Counted from the first letter of the stretch, positions 29,301 to 40,643 are shown. The stretch is 64,000 nucleotides of DNA from an uncultured Streptobacillus sp. (GCA_963526495.1 CAURNT010000001.1:4398-68397), one strand, 5' to 3'. Notes: a model not told the origin generated them from the sequence alone. Numbers and translations are program-made.

Positions 29301-30120
29301 CTAAATCCCCTTTATTTTCAAATTCGGAAAATATCAACAAATGATCTGAAACATATTTTCTAATTTCTTTATAATTATTTTTAGTATAATCATATACACC
29401 ATATCTACCTGTGTATTCTTTTAAATATTTTCTATTAAAAAACATATTATCATAACTATTTGCAAGTCCATTACTTCCAATTGTAGTTTTGAATTTATTA
29501 GGATTTATAACTTCCTGAACATTATATTCATTTTTAAAATATTTAAATGAATTATTTGTACTTGGAATATTAAAATCTCCTAAAAGAATAACATCTTCTT
29601 CTTTGCTCTTATTTAAAAAATATTTATATACTTTATGATAACGACTAGCCTCTTCTTCTCTATACGACTTATTATCACCAAATATTGAATGTGCAGTAAT
29701 TAATACAAAATCAAATTTATTTGATTTAACATAAACTGCAAAAGGTGGTCTTATAAATTCTTTAGACTTTCCATCTTTATATATTCCTAAAGATTCTATT
29801 TTATCTATTTTATCTTTTTTATATATAAATGCATAATATTCTTTATAGTCTTTTGTTCCAAGTGGTCTAGAAGATATAACATATCCCCATTTCTTATTAG
29901 TTATTTTTTCTATTTCATTTTTTAATCTATTCAACCCATCATGATTCATAACCTCTTGTAATGCGACTATATCAAATTTTGATATAATTTTAGCCTGTGT
30001 TGTATAATCTTTTTCAACTGTACCTAAACGCAAGGTATTATAACTTGCAATAGTTATAGGTTCAGATAATAATATTGATGAATAAATTAAAAAAAGAAAA
30101 GAGATTAATATTTTTCTCAC
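29287..30120 (-). CDS. Secreted endonuclease/exonuclease/phosphatase-fold (DNase I-like) nuclease
   Basis: 277 aa. Signal peptide, then SYNTLRLG, VALQEV, GDFN and C-terminal SDHLLIF, which are EEP catalytic blocks. Confidence 0.75.
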   Translation of the reverse strand: MRKILISFLFLIYSSILLSEPITIASYNTLRLGTVEKDYTTQAKIISKFDIVALQEVMNHDGLNRLKNEIEKITNKKWGYVISSRPLGTKDYKEYYAFIYKKDKIDKIESLGIYKDGKSKEFIRPPFAVYVKSNKFDFVLITAHSIFGDNKSYREEEASRYHKVYKYFLNKSKEEDVILLGDFNIPSTNNSFKYFKNEYNVQEVINPNKFKTTIGSNGLANSYDNMFFNRKYLKEYTGRYGVYDYTKNNYKEIRKYVSDHLLIFSEFENKGDLDDKK

Positions 30121-30145
30121 ACTAACCCCCTCCTTTATTATTTAA

Positions 30146-30718
30146 TTAATTTGCTCTTTCCATGTATTCACCAGTTCTAGTATCAATTCTTATTTTATCT
30201 CCTATATTACAAAATAAAGGAACTTGTAATTGATAACCAGTTTCTATAGTTGCAGGCTTTGTAGCACGTCCTATAGTATCTCCTTTTAATCCTGGTTCTG
30301 TATATGTTATTTCACGAACAACAGTATTTGGTAATTCTACACCAACTGGACGTTCTTCATAAAGTAATACTTGTATAACCATTTCTTCAACTAAGAAATC
30401 TACTGCATCTCCTAAATCTTCTTCTGTCAAAGTCATTTGATCGAATGTTTCTTGGTTCATGAAATAGTAATCTCCATCCATTTGATATAAAAATTGCATT
30501 TGAGATCTATCAAGTATAATATCATTCATCATTTCAGTTGATAAAACAGTTATTTCTTGAACTTTTCCACTTATTAAATCTTTTATTTTAAACTTCATTT
30601 CTGCTGCACGCGCTTTTTTACCTGAAGTTGATTGATGTCTATCTGCTTTTAAAATTAAATAAGGTACATTATCTTGTACATAAGTATTACCTTGTCTTAA
30701 TTCCATTGCTGCTTTCAT
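30146..30718 (-). CDS. efp: Elongation factor P family protein (elongated loop variant)
   Basis: 190 aa. The C-terminus PGLKGDT...KPATIETGYQLQVPLFCNIGDKIRIDTRTGEYMERAN is typical EF-P. The N-terminal domain loop reads HQSTSGKKARAAE in place of KPGKGxA. Confidence 0.85.
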   Translation of the reverse strand: MKAAMELRQGNTYVQDNVPYLILKADRHQSTSGKKARAAEMKFKIKDLISGKVQEITVLSTEMMNDIILDRSQMQFLYQMDGDYYFMNQETFDQMTLTEEDLGDAVDFLVEEMVIQVLLYEERPVGVELPNTVVREITYTEPGLKGDTIGRATKPATIETGYQLQVPLFCNIGDKIRIDTRTGEYMERAN

Positions 30719-30789
30719 TTATTTCCTCCTAAATTTATGTATTTTTACTGATTAATTATACTATATTTAAATACTAAAATCAAGATAAC

Positions 30790-30814
30790 AAAAAAAAGGG
30801 CATAAACCCTTTTT
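30790..30814 (-). terminator. Intrinsic terminator 3' of the YitT-family gene
   Basis: Stem aaaggg (30795-30800) / cccttt (30807-30812), followed by an 8-nt U-run on the minus transcript. Confidence 0.55.
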
Positions 30815-30816
30815 GA

Positions 30817-31680
30817 TCAAATTGGTGGAATATAGAATTTTCCATAAAAATGTTCTGTTTTATATGTATTTATTATAGCAGAAGGATCAGCTTTTAGTAT
30901 AGTTTCCACTACATCGTTAACCTCATAAACAGATACAACAGTATAACAAAATGAAACTTCTTCATTAGAATATGCACCATTTGCCCTAAATTTAGTCATA
31001 CCATGTCTATAATTTTCAATATATGCCTTTATTACCTCTTTTTCTTTTTTAGTTACTATATTTAATGTTATCCTATGATACCTATTATAGAAAGTATCTA
31101 TAACCTTAGTTGTTACAAATTGAAAAACTAAAGTATATCCAGCATTATCCCATCCAAACATATATCCAAATATAAAAATTATAAGCATATTCAATACAAA
31201 TACATAAAGCCATATAGATTTATTTATTCTATTTGAAATATATAAAGCTATAAAATCAGTACCTCCTGATGAACCACCAGCTTTAAGTGCAAGTACAAGT
31301 TCAAGTCCATAAACAACTGCACCTATAGTAATATTTAAAACTATACTATTAAATAGTGGTTCAAAATGTAATCTTTCTAAAAAGAATGAACATGCAAAAA
31401 TTTGAACTAATGAGTAAAAAACAAATTTTTTACTAATTTCTTTAGCACACATTAATGCTACTGGAAAATTAAGTATTATTAATAATATTGCTAAAGGTAT
31501 TTGAAAACTAGTAGTTTCTAATATTTTATTAAATAATAATGCAATTCCTGTGAAACCTCCTGTTATCAAATTAGAAGGTCTAATAAAAACTTCAATGGAA
31601 TAAGCTTGTATAAATCCAGAAATTATCATTAAAATAGTTGTAATTATATATGCCGAATATTTTTTATACACATCTCTCAT
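30817..31680 (-). CDS. YitT-family membrane protein (with DUF2179-like C-terminal domain)
   Basis: 287 aa. Contains GGFTGIALL and GGSSGGTDFIA motifs, followed by a soluble C-terminal domain. Confidence 0.8.
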   Translation of the reverse strand: MRDVYKKYSAYIITTILMIISGFIQAYSIEVFIRPSNLITGGFTGIALLFNKILETTSFQIPLAILLIILNFPVALMCAKEISKKFVFYSLVQIFACSFFLERLHFEPLFNSIVLNITIGAVVYGLELVLALKAGGSSGGTDFIALYISNRINKSIWLYVFVLNMLIIFIFGYMFGWDNAGYTLVFQFVTTKVIDTFYNRYHRITLNIVTKKEKEVIKAYIENYRHGMTKFRANGAYSNEEVSFCYTVVSVYEVNDVVETILKADPSAIINTYKTEHFYGKFYIPPI

Positions 31681-31704
31681 TACTTATCTATCTCCTAAAA
31701 ATAA

Positions 31705-32913
31705 TTAATCAACTATTACTATAACATTTTCTTCAGGATATGTAAATCCTGATTTTTGTATTTTATTATTACCATTTACCCATTTGTACAAATAATATAT
31801 TGAATCATCTTCATTTCTAACACATTTATGTGATAATGGGATAGTTCCTAAATGAGAGGCTGTAACTTTTTTTCTTACTTCTCTTGATTCTTTAGGATCA
31901 TAAGTTGAAGGTATACCATGAAGATATGCTCCTCCATTAAATCTTATAGCATATTTAGCATCACCTATTATTTTTTTTTCATCCGTATCTGAAGTATAAG
32001 GCATTACAGGTTTAGTATATGCAACACTAAATATCCCTCTTGGTGTTACAAAACCAGCACCACTAGATATACCCGTAGTTACATATCCTACACTATTAAC
32101 ATTAAATACTCCTGTTTCTTTATTTCTTTCTATACTAACTTGCGTTTGACTATGTCTATCTACATAAATAAACTTATTAACATCATCTTTTACATCTAAT
32201 TTTTTTATATATCTCTTATTTTTCTTAGGTATTTTATATAATTCATCTCCATAGGACATAGTTTTAATATATATATATTTACTATCTTCTTTCACAATAG
32301 TAAATAAAGACCTATCACCTAGATTTATAAAACTTGTTTTTTCTCCATAAGCTTTAATACTTTGATTATCAGGATTCCCATATTTATCTGATTTTTCATC
32401 AGTTGATGATACTAAATTATACACATCTATATAGTATATATTTTTACCTTCATTTAAAGTATCTTCTATAAAAATGTTAATCGCATTACCTAATTTTACA
32501 GCTTTCTCCCAATTAAATGCTCTAATAACAGCAGAATTTTTAGGAATATAAGCTATATTTTTATTATACAATACTACATACCATTCATTTTTATTTGCAT
32601 CAACAACTTTTCCCTTATATGCAAGTCTTGAGCCTTTATTTAATATCTTTAACGTTTTTGATTTTGAGTTTGGTTGTATTTTTAAAGCAGTTTGTCTATT
32701 AAAATATACAAAATAATTAAAATCTTTATTAAAATATTTATCAAATTTTAAATTTAAAGTATAATTATTAGTCCTTACCTTTTTTTCTACAATCTTTTCA
32801 GTTTTTTCAACTTCTTCTACTACAGTATTTTTACTTTTATCATTAACTTCTTCTTCAGTAAATGATACCATAGGAAATAGTATTAAAGATATAATAAATA
32901 AATACTTTTTCAT
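31705..32913 (-). CDS. L,D-transpeptidase (YkuD fold) with an N-terminal SH3-like region
   Basis: 402 aa. Signal peptide. The catalytic region YLHGIPS...LSHKCVRN corresponds to the H..(S/T)HGC(V/I)R motif. Confidence 0.75.
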   Translation of the reverse strand: MKKYLFIISLILFPMVSFTEEEVNDKSKNTVVEEVEKTEKIVEKKVRTNNYTLNLKFDKYFNKDFNYFVYFNRQTALKIQPNSKSKTLKILNKGSRLAYKGKVVDANKNEWYVVLYNKNIAYIPKNSAVIRAFNWEKAVKLGNAINIFIEDTLNEGKNIYYIDVYNLVSSTDEKSDKYGNPDNQSIKAYGEKTSFINLGDRSLFTIVKEDSKYIYIKTMSYGDELYKIPKKNKRYIKKLDVKDDVNKFIYVDRHSQTQVSIERNKETGVFNVNSVGYVTTGISSGAGFVTPRGIFSVAYTKPVMPYTSDTDEKKIIGDAKYAIRFNGGAYLHGIPSTYDPKESREVRKKVTASHLGTIPLSHKCVRNEDDSIYYLYKWVNGNNKIQKSGFTYPEENVIVIVD

Positions 32914-32928
32914 TAAATCACCTCTTTA

Positions 32929-35900
32929 TTATATATCTACAGATACAATTTTTGATTCCCCAACTTCCTTATTCATAGATACACCATATAGTCTATCTGC
33001 CCCCTTCATAGTCTCTTTATTATGTGTTATAAGGATAAATTGTGATTTTTCTATAAATCTTCTTAATAACTCAACTATTTTTTTTGTATTTCTTTCATCT
33101 AGTGCTGCTTCTATTTCGTCAAAGAAAGTAAACGGTGATGGTTTAAACATAAATATAGCCATTATAAAAGAAACAGCAAGCATAGATTTTTCTCCCCCAG
33201 ATAAAAGTAAAAGAGTTTGTTCAGGTTTATTTTTATATTTAACACTTAATTCAAGACCTGAAGAAAGAATATCATCCGGATTTGTAAGTTTAATATCACC
33301 TCTTGCACCATAAAATATTTCTGAACACATATATTTAAAATTATTTTTAATTTCAGTCAAAGCATAAGAAAATTTAGTTTTCATTTCATCATCTATTTTA
33401 GAAATTAATTCTCTTATAGATCTTGAAGACTTTTCTAAATCTTGCATTTGCTCTAATAAAATGCTGTGTTTTTCAAATTCTATATTATACTCTTCTATTG
33501 AAGAAAGATTTACTAATCCAATATTATTTTTCTTATATTCTAATGAAGATATATCTCTTTTAATACCATTAATATCTTCCTCACCGATATTAAAGTATTT
33601 ATCACTATTTTTAATATTATCTACTTTTTCTTCCTCTATCCTCATATTTTCTAAAGTATTCTCTAAATCATTAGAATTTCTGATAATATTTTCAGCTAAT
33701 TTTTCAGATAAATTACTTTCTTTTATTAATTCTTTTTCAAGTTCATTTCTTACTTTAATTAAATTATGTTCTTTTTCATCTATCAATTTAAGTAAATCTT
33801 CAAACTTCTTAATATTCTCATTATTACTATTTTTTTCTTTTTCTATATTTTTAACAAGTTCTTCATACTCTCTTAAATTTAAATCAAACTTTTCAAATAG
33901 CTTATCTTTATCATTTTCAAAAGCAAATATATCGTCAATATCTTTACTTAATATATCATATTGATTTTTAATATCTTTTTTATTATTTAAGATATTAGTA
34001 TATTTTTCATTTAAAACTGCATATTCAACATTAATCGTATTTAATTTTTTTATCAACTTATTAATATTTCCTATATTACCAAGTTCTATTTCTAAATCTT
34101 GCTTAATATCAAATATTTCATCTAATCTTTCACTATTTTTTTTAATATTCTCTTTATTCAAGTCTATTTTATCTTTATTTTCAACAATAGATGTTTCTGT
34201 TTCTTTAATTTCATATTCTATAGTTTTAATAGCTCTTATAATTGAAGATATTTTATAATTAACATCCTCTATGCTATTTTTAACTTCATTTAATTTACCT
34301 ATATTCTCATTTTTAAATACATCTGAAAGTTCTTCTTTTAAAGAATATATATTTTGTGTAATTTTTTCATATTTACTATCAGCTTCAGACTTCAATTTTT
34401 CTATACTATATAACTCTTTTTCTTTGTTATTTAACTCATCTTTTTTTAATAATGTTAAGTCAACCTTATTCTTTTTAAATCCACCTGTTACTCTTCCACG
34501 ACTAGAGAATATATCACCATCTAGAGTTATTATTTTATCATTAAACCCTTGTTTAATAACCTTATTAGCCGTTTCAATACTATCAACTACTATAGAATTC
34601 CCAAAAATATATGTTATCAAAATATTAAGATTTAATTTTGAATTAATATTAACTAAATTTTTAGCAAAGTCTATTACTCCATCAATCTTAGGTAAAACTA
34701 CATTTCTTTCATAATTTTTAATAATATTCAAAGATAAGAAAGAAACTGTTCCAATTTTTTCTTTTTTCAAATCTGATATGTATATATTAACTTTATTAGA
34801 ATCATTTATAACTATATCATTTAAAAGTCCACCTGCAAGACCAGATATTGCAGTTAAATACTTTTCATCAAGTTTAAGTAAATTAGAAACACTATCTATT
34901 ACATTTCTATCATTTTTATATTTATTTAGTATATATTTAGTAGATGATGATGTAAAATAGTTTTCTTCTATTGTCTTTTGCATAGATATTATTTCAGATT
35001 TTAATATTTGTATTTTATGAGTATATGAATTAATATTTTTGGATATATTATTTTTTTCATATTCAAGTTCTTGAATATCTAAATTTATCTTATCTTCTTT
35101 ATTTTTAGCTTCTTCTCCAACTTTAGAAAATTCATCCTTTTTAAAATTTAATGAGTCTAATTCTAAATTTAGACCGTTAAGTTTAATATCGTTTTCATTC
35201 TTTTCATTTTGTAAAGTTTGAAGATTATTTTCGGATAATTTAATTTTTCTTTCAAGTTCTTCATTTGATATTTTTAACTTATATATTTCAACTTCAATAT
35301 TTCTTAATTCATCATCTTTTTCTTCTACTTGTTTATTGATAATCTCAAGTTTATTATTAATATCTTCTATTTCATTTTCTAGTTTTTCTTTTAATTTAGC
35401 TTTTTTATCAAATTCAATAAAAGTATCTTTTTCTTGAATTTCTATAGATTCCAATTTATCTTTTTGATTATTTAAATCAATTATCAGTTTATCTTTTAAC
35501 AATATTTTTTCATTAAGTTTAACTTCAAAATTAGATTTTTCTTGTTTAATATTATTTAATTTATTTTTATTTTTCTCTAACTCTTCATATATTAAATTAG
35601 TCTTTGATTTATATTCATTCAACTTGTCTTGATTTGTATTTCTTTCTGTTATTAAACTAGATAATTCTATATTTTCTTGTTCTAACTTTAATTCTATTTC
35701 TTTAATCTTACTTTCTATTTCTTTTTTTCTATTTTTTAATTCTTTATCTAAATTTTCAAATTTAACTAAATTAAATTCATCTAACATATACTTTAATACT
35801 TCTATATCTTCTATTATAGTTTTATATAAACTAGCTTTTTCAGATTCATTTTTTAATCTTTTTACTCTATTATCTAGATCCTTTTCAATAAAACTTATTT

Positions 35901-36468
35901 TTTCAAGTTCTCCTGCAACATTTTCAAGTCTTTTAAGTGCATCTTCTTTCTCAATTTTAGCTTTTTTTGTTCCAGCTGCTTCTTCAATAATTTCACGAAT
36001 TTCTTTAGGATTTGAACCTATTATTCTTTCTACTCTACCTTGACCAATTATAGAATAGGCTTGTTTCCCTATACCCGTATCCATAAATAAATTATGTATA
36101 TCTTTTAGTCTAGCTCTTTTATTATTTATTAAATACTCACCTTCACCATTTCTATAGACTTTTCTAGTTATTTTAACTTCATCACTTTCATAATCTAAAT
36201 ATCTATCAGAATTTTCAATAATTAGTGATACCTCTGCAAAATTTGAGGCACGTTTATTTTTACCCCCTGAAAAAATTATATCACTACTTTGCGCTGCTCT
36301 TATGCTCTTATAACTTTGTTCTCCTAAAACCCATAATATAGCATCTAATATATTACTTTTTCCACTTCCATTAGGTCCAACAACAGCTGTAATTCCACGT
36401 GTAAAATCAAGTATTGTTTTATTTGAAAAAGATTTAAACCCATCTAATTCTAGTGCTTTTAAATACAT
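32929..36468 (-). CDS. smc: Chromosome segregation protein SMC
   Basis: 1179 aa. Walker A GPNGSGKSN, long coiled coils with a hinge, signature LSGGEKS and Walker B FFDEIEAALD. Confidence 0.97.
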   Translation of the reverse strand: MYLKALELDGFKSFSNKTILDFTRGITAVVGPNGSGKSNILDAILWVLGEQSYKSIRAAQSSDIIFSGGKNKRASNFAEVSLIIENSDRYLDYESDEVKITRKVYRNGEGEYLINNKRARLKDIHNLFMDTGIGKQAYSIIGQGRVERIIGSNPKEIREIIEEAAGTKKAKIEKEDALKRLENVAGELEKISFIEKDLDNRVKRLKNESEKASLYKTIIEDIEVLKYMLDEFNLVKFENLDKELKNRKKEIESKIKEIELKLEQENIELSSLITERNTNQDKLNEYKSKTNLIYEELEKNKNKLNNIKQEKSNFEVKLNEKILLKDKLIIDLNNQKDKLESIEIQEKDTFIEFDKKAKLKEKLENEIEDINNKLEIINKQVEEKDDELRNIEVEIYKLKISNEELERKIKLSENNLQTLQNEKNENDIKLNGLNLELDSLNFKKDEFSKVGEEAKNKEDKINLDIQELEYEKNNISKNINSYTHKIQILKSEIISMQKTIEENYFTSSSTKYILNKYKNDRNVIDSVSNLLKLDEKYLTAISGLAGGLLNDIVINDSNKVNIYISDLKKEKIGTVSFLSLNIIKNYERNVVLPKIDGVIDFAKNLVNINSKLNLNILITYIFGNSIVVDSIETANKVIKQGFNDKIITLDGDIFSSRGRVTGGFKKNKVDLTLLKKDELNNKEKELYSIEKLKSEADSKYEKITQNIYSLKEELSDVFKNENIGKLNEVKNSIEDVNYKISSIIRAIKTIEYEIKETETSIVENKDKIDLNKENIKKNSERLDEIFDIKQDLEIELGNIGNINKLIKKLNTINVEYAVLNEKYTNILNNKKDIKNQYDILSKDIDDIFAFENDKDKLFEKFDLNLREYEELVKNIEKEKNSNNENIKKFEDLLKLIDEKEHNLIKVRNELEKELIKESNLSEKLAENIIRNSNDLENTLENMRIEEEKVDNIKNSDKYFNIGEEDINGIKRDISSLEYKKNNIGLVNLSSIEEYNIEFEKHSILLEQMQDLEKSSRSIRELISKIDDEMKTKFSYALTEIKNNFKYMCSEIFYGARGDIKLTNPDDILSSGLELSVKYKNKPEQTLLLLSGGEKSMLAVSFIMAIFMFKPSPFTFFDEIEAALDERNTKKIVELLRRFIEKSQFILITHNKETMKGADRLYGVSMNKEVGESKIVSVDI

Positions 36469-36480
36469 TTTTCCCCTTTA

Positions 36481-36960
36481 TTAATCTTCAAATTTTATAT
36501 CAATTTTTTCTATTTTTAAATCTATTTTTTCAACTTCTATACCAGCATTTTCTAACATACGAACAGATGCTTTAGTGCTATCTTTATCTTTATGTTTATC
36601 TGAAAAATATACTACTTTAGAAATTCCTGATTGAATGATAGCTTTACTACATTCATTACAAGGAAAATGAGTAACATATATAGTTGCATCTTTAACACTT
36701 TTATTTGAATTAAGTATAGCATTTAATTCAGCATGTACTACATAAGGATATTTTGTTTCTAAATATTCTCCTTCTTTTCCCCAAGGCATATTATCGTCGT
36801 TATTTCCTCTAGGGAATCCATTATATCCTATACCTATTATTTTATCATCTATTACTATACAAGCTCCAACCTGAGTTACAGGATCTTTACTTCTTTTGGC
36901 TGATAAAAATGCAATTCCCATAAAATATTCTTGCCACGATAAATAGTTTTCTCTTTTCAT
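36481..36960 (-). CDS. dCMP deaminase (ComEB-type cytidine/deoxycytidylate deaminase)
   Basis: 159 aa. Zinc-binding motifs HAELNAI and PCNECSKAI. Confidence 0.88.
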   Translation of the reverse strand: MKRENYLSWQEYFMGIAFLSAKRSKDPVTQVGACIVIDDKIIGIGYNGFPRGNNDDNMPWGKEGEYLETKYPYVVHAELNAILNSNKSVKDATIYVTHFPCNECSKAIIQSGISKVVYFSDKHKDKDSTKASVRMLENAGIEVEKIDLKIEKIDIKFED

Positions 36961-36969
36961 TTTATCCTC

Positions 36970-38301
36970 CTATTTAACTACACTTTCTATTTTTTTATTA
37001 TATAAAATAGTTTCAAGCTCATCACCAGTTTTAACATTCATATTTGATGTTATAACCTTACCATTTAATTTCGTTATACTAAATCCTTTTTCTAATATAT
37101 CATCTATTGAATGCTTAGAAAGAGATAAAGTCAATTTTTCAAGTTCTATTTTCTTATTTTTTAATACATTAAACATATTGTTATCAAGTTTTTCAGATAA
37201 ATTTATTATATTTTTATTTTCTTTTTCTAATTTATCCATAATTTTATTTAAACTAACTCTATCTTTTAATAAATTTAATTCAATAATTTTGTTATTTCTC
37301 TTATTTTCTAAAGCAATATTTGCTCTATTTTCTAAATCGGAATTAAACATCCTCAATGTATTAAATTTATTAGAAAAATTTTTTAATACGTATGAATTTG
37401 AAAAATTAGATAATTCATTTTTCTTTATAGAATATTTATTATTTAATAATAAATATAATCTATTTTTAAAATTATTTAATTCTTTAATATTTTCATCATA
37501 ATTTTTTATAAGTTTTTCAGCAGCTTGAGTTGGAGTTGAAGCACGTAAATCAGCAACATAATCTGAAAGAAGTGTATCAGATTCATGACCAACTGCCGAT
37601 ACTACAAATATTTTTGAATTATATATAGCTTCTATTACCTCAACTTCATTGAACGCCCAAAGATCTTCTATACTTCCCCCACCTCTTCCAACTATCAATG
37701 CATCTAAATTATATTTATCATTATTTTCATTAAAATATTTTATAGCTTCTGAAATTTCCTCTTTAGCTCCTTCACCTTGAACTTTTACAGGATAAAGAAA
37801 TATATCAACATATTTATCTCTATTATGTATAGTTTTTATAATATCTTGTATAGCAGCTCCTGTAGAAGCTGTAATTACTCCAACTCTTTTAACAAGATAT
37901 GGAATATTTTTTTTTATTTCATCACTAAAATATCCTTTTTTTCTATATTCTTCTCTTCTTAATTCAAGTTGTTTGTATAATTGTCCTAACTTATCAGCTT
38001 TTTTTAATTTTTCTACTGTAAAAGTAATTGTTCCATAAGGTTTATAATAAGAAACAGATGCTAAAATTTCAACCTTTGTTCCCTCTACTAAATTATCTGG
38101 TATATTTTTATATCTATATGAAAATACAGCACATTTAATTATACTATCATCATCTTTTAAGGAAAAATACAGATGCCCAGATTTTTGATATACAACATTT
38201 GATATTTCACCTTCTATATATATAGATTTTAAATCATAAGTATTGGAAAGTACATTTTCTAAAATATCTGCTACTTCTCCTACTTTGTATACTTTACTCA
38301 T
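36970..38301 (-). CDS. xseA: Exodeoxyribonuclease VII large subunit
   Basis: 443 aa. OB-fold N-terminus (IYIEGEISN...SGHLYFSLKD), GRGGGSIEDLWAFN and a coiled-coil tail. Confidence 0.92.
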   Translation of the reverse strand: MSKVYKVGEVADILENVLSNTYDLKSIYIEGEISNVVYQKSGHLYFSLKDDDSIIKCAVFSYRYKNIPDNLVEGTKVEILASVSYYKPYGTITFTVEKLKKADKLGQLYKQLELRREEYRKKGYFSDEIKKNIPYLVKRVGVITASTGAAIQDIIKTIHNRDKYVDIFLYPVKVQGEGAKEEISEAIKYFNENNDKYNLDALIVGRGGGSIEDLWAFNEVEVIEAIYNSKIFVVSAVGHESDTLLSDYVADLRASTPTQAAEKLIKNYDENIKELNNFKNRLYLLLNNKYSIKKNELSNFSNSYVLKNFSNKFNTLRMFNSDLENRANIALENKRNNKIIELNLLKDRVSLNKIMDKLEKENKNIINLSEKLDNNMFNVLKNKKIELEKLTLSLSKHSIDDILEKGFSITKLNGKVITSNMNVKTGDELETILYNKKIESVVK

Positions 38302-38658
38302 TTATTCTCCTAATTTATTATATATTTCTTCCTTATACCCAATATATACTTCATTATTTAATACAAGAATAGGTCTTTTAACAAGTTTACCATCACTTGC
38401 TAAAAGAGTGAGTTTTTCATCAAAAGTCAAATCTAATAATTTATCTTTTAACTTTAATGCCTTATAAACCAAACCACTCTTATTAAAAAATGTATTAATA
38501 TCCTGTTTTGATATATTAATGATCTCTTCTATTTCTTTTTTCTCTAATTTTTCAGTAACAAGATCACGATATTTAACTTCTATATCCATATCATTTAATT
38601 TTTTATATGCTTTTTTACAAGTACTACATTTACTATAGCATAAAAAAATATTGTCCAT
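38302..38658 (-). CDS. ArsC/Spx-family (YffB-like) small redox protein
   Basis: 118 aa. N-terminal CSTCKKA motif and GKLVKRPIL near the C-terminus. Confidence 0.65.
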   Translation of the reverse strand: MDNIFLCYSKCSTCKKAYKKLNDMDIEVKYRDLVTEKLEKKEIEEIINISKQDINTFFNKSGLVYKALKLKDKLLDLTFDEKLTLLASDGKLVKRPILVLNNEVYIGYKEEIYNKLGE

Positions 38659-40632
38659 TTACATCAACTCCAATAACATTTCTTTTAATTTATTTATTTT
38701 ATTACGTCTATCAATAGCTTCTTCATATTGATAATTATCAGCAAATTTTTTCATTTCTAATTCTAGTTTTTTAATCTCTTTTTCAATTTCTAAAGTATTT
38801 TTAAATTTCTTAACTACAACTTTTTCATTTACTTCTTCTTCATATTCCAATAAAGATTCTGTATTATGAGATATAACATTTTTAGGAATTATTCCATTTT
38901 CTATATTATACTCTTGTTGTAATTTACGCCTTCTATCAACTTCATCAATTGCCTCTTTCATAGATTTAGTTATTCTATCTGCATAAAGCAGTACATGCCC
39001 ATTAACATTTCTAGCAGCACGTCCCATAGTTTGTATTAAAGATCTTCTTGATCTTAAGAAACCTTCCTTATCTGCTTCAAGTATTGCAACTAATGTAACC
39101 TCTGGAAGATCTAGACCTTCTCTTAATAAATTAATACCAACTAATACATCAAATTCTCCATTTCTTAGTCCTTTAACAATTTCAACTCTTTCTATAGTTG
39201 ATATTTCAGAGTGCATATATTTTACTCTTATACCTAAATCAGTATAATAATCAGTTAACTCTTCTGCCATTTTTTTTGTCAAAGTTGTAACTAGGACTCT
39301 TTCTCCTTTTTTCACTCTTTCATTTATATCATCCATTAAATTATCTACTTGATTTTCCGTAGGTCTAATTTCTATAGTAGGTTCAACTATACCAGTTGGT
39401 CTAACTATTAATTCTACTACTTCATCCCCTGATTCATTTAATTCATAATCACTAGGTGTGGCAGAAACATACACTACTTGATTTACTTTAGAGAAAAATT
39501 CCTCACTTCTTAATGGTCTATTATCTAAAGCTGAAGGCAATCTAAAACCATGATTTACAAGCATTTCTTTTCTACTTCTATCTCCATTATACATTCCTCC
39601 AATTTGTGGAACCATAATATGAGATTCATCTAAGAATACTATAGGATCTTCCGGAAAATAGTCTAATAAAGTATATGGAGCTTCTCCTTCTTTTTTACCT
39701 GTTAAATATCTTGAATAATTCTCCATACCTTTACAATATCCTATTTCTCTTATCATTTCAATATCATATTCTGTTCTTTGTTTTATTCTTTGAGCTTCAA
39801 GTATTTTACCCTCTTTTTCAAATTCTTCTATTCTAATATCTAAATCTTTTTTTATTTCTTCAACTAATACACTATTTCTAACTTCAGATAAATAGTGTGT
39901 TGCTGGCATAAGATTTAATCTCTTTACATCTCTTACTTTTTTATAAGTCAAAGTATGTAATTCTGAAATAGAATCTATATCTTCATCAAAAAATTCTATC
40001 CTATATACAACATCTTGATATATAGGGTATATATCAATTGCATCGCCTTTTACTCTAAACTTCCCTCTTTCAAGTACCATATCATTTCTTTCATATCTTA
40101 AATTTAAAAGAGCTTTTATTAACTTTTCTCTAGTATAATCATTTTGAGTCACATCTAAGTATACACTATTACTTGAATATGAATTAGGAGAACCCAATCC
40201 ATATATAGCAGAAACAGAAGCAATAACTATTACATCCTTTCTATTCAAAAGAGCAGCAGTAGCTGCGTGAGTTAGTTTATCTATCTCTTCATTTATTGCT
40301 GCATCTTTTTCTATATATGTATCTGTAGATTGTATATACGCTTCTGGTTGATAATAATCATAATAAGAAACAAAATATTCAACTGCATTTTCAGGAAAAA
40401 ATTGTTTATACTCATTATATAATTGGGCTGCAAGTATTTTATTTGGAGCCATAATTAAGGCAGGACGCCCTAATTCTTTTATAACATTTGCTATAGTAAA
40501 AGTTTTTCCACTTCCTGTAACTCCTAATAATATTTGATCACTTATACCATTTTTTATATTTTTAACTATTTGTTTTATAGCCTTTGGTTGATCTCCTGTT
40601 GGCTTATATTTTGAATTTAATTTAAATTCCAT
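38659..40632 (-). CDS. uvrB: Excinuclease ABC subunit B
   Basis: 657 aa. [12 protein letters not shown], helicase motifs and a C-terminal UVR domain ([11 protein letters not shown]). Confidence 0.97.
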   Translation of the reverse strand: MEFKLNSKYKPTGDQPKAIKQIVKNIKNGISDQILLGVTGSGKTFTIANVIKELGRPALIMAPNKILAAQLYNEYKQFFPENAVEYFVSYYDYYQPEAYIQSTDTYIEKDAAINEEIDKLTHAATAALLNRKDVIVIASVSAIYGLGSPNSYSSNSVYLDVTQNDYTREKLIKALLNLRYERNDMVLERGKFRVKGDAIDIYPIYQDVVYRIEFFDEDIDSISELHTLTYKKVRDVKRLNLMPATHYLSEVRNSVLVEEIKKDLDIRIEEFEKEGKILEAQRIKQRTEYDIEMIREIGYCKGMENYSRYLTGKKEGEAPYTLLDYFPEDPIVFLDESHIMVPQIGGMYNGDRSRKEMLVNHGFRLPSALDNRPLRSEEFFSKVNQVVYVSATPSDYELNESGDEVVELIVRPTGIVEPTIEIRPTENQVDNLMDDINERVKKGERVLVTTLTKKMAEELTDYYTDLGIRVKYMHSEISTIERVEIVKGLRNGEFDVLVGINLLREGLDLPEVTLVAILEADKEGFLRSRRSLIQTMGRAARNVNGHVLLYADRITKSMKEAIDEVDRRRKLQQEYNIENGIIPKNVISHNTESLLEYEEEVNEKVVVKKFKNTLEIEKEIKKLELEMKKFADNYQYEEAIDRRNKINKLKEMLLELM

Positions 40633-40643
40633 ATTTTCCTTCT

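Noticed and set aside
33461-34960. Plus-strand ORFs of 167, 147 and 60 aa (33461-33964, 34271-34714, 34778-34960) inside smc
   Set aside because: They are S/F/L/I-rich mirror images of the K/E-rich coiled-coil coding strand. They have no SD and lie fully antisense to a confidently identified gene.
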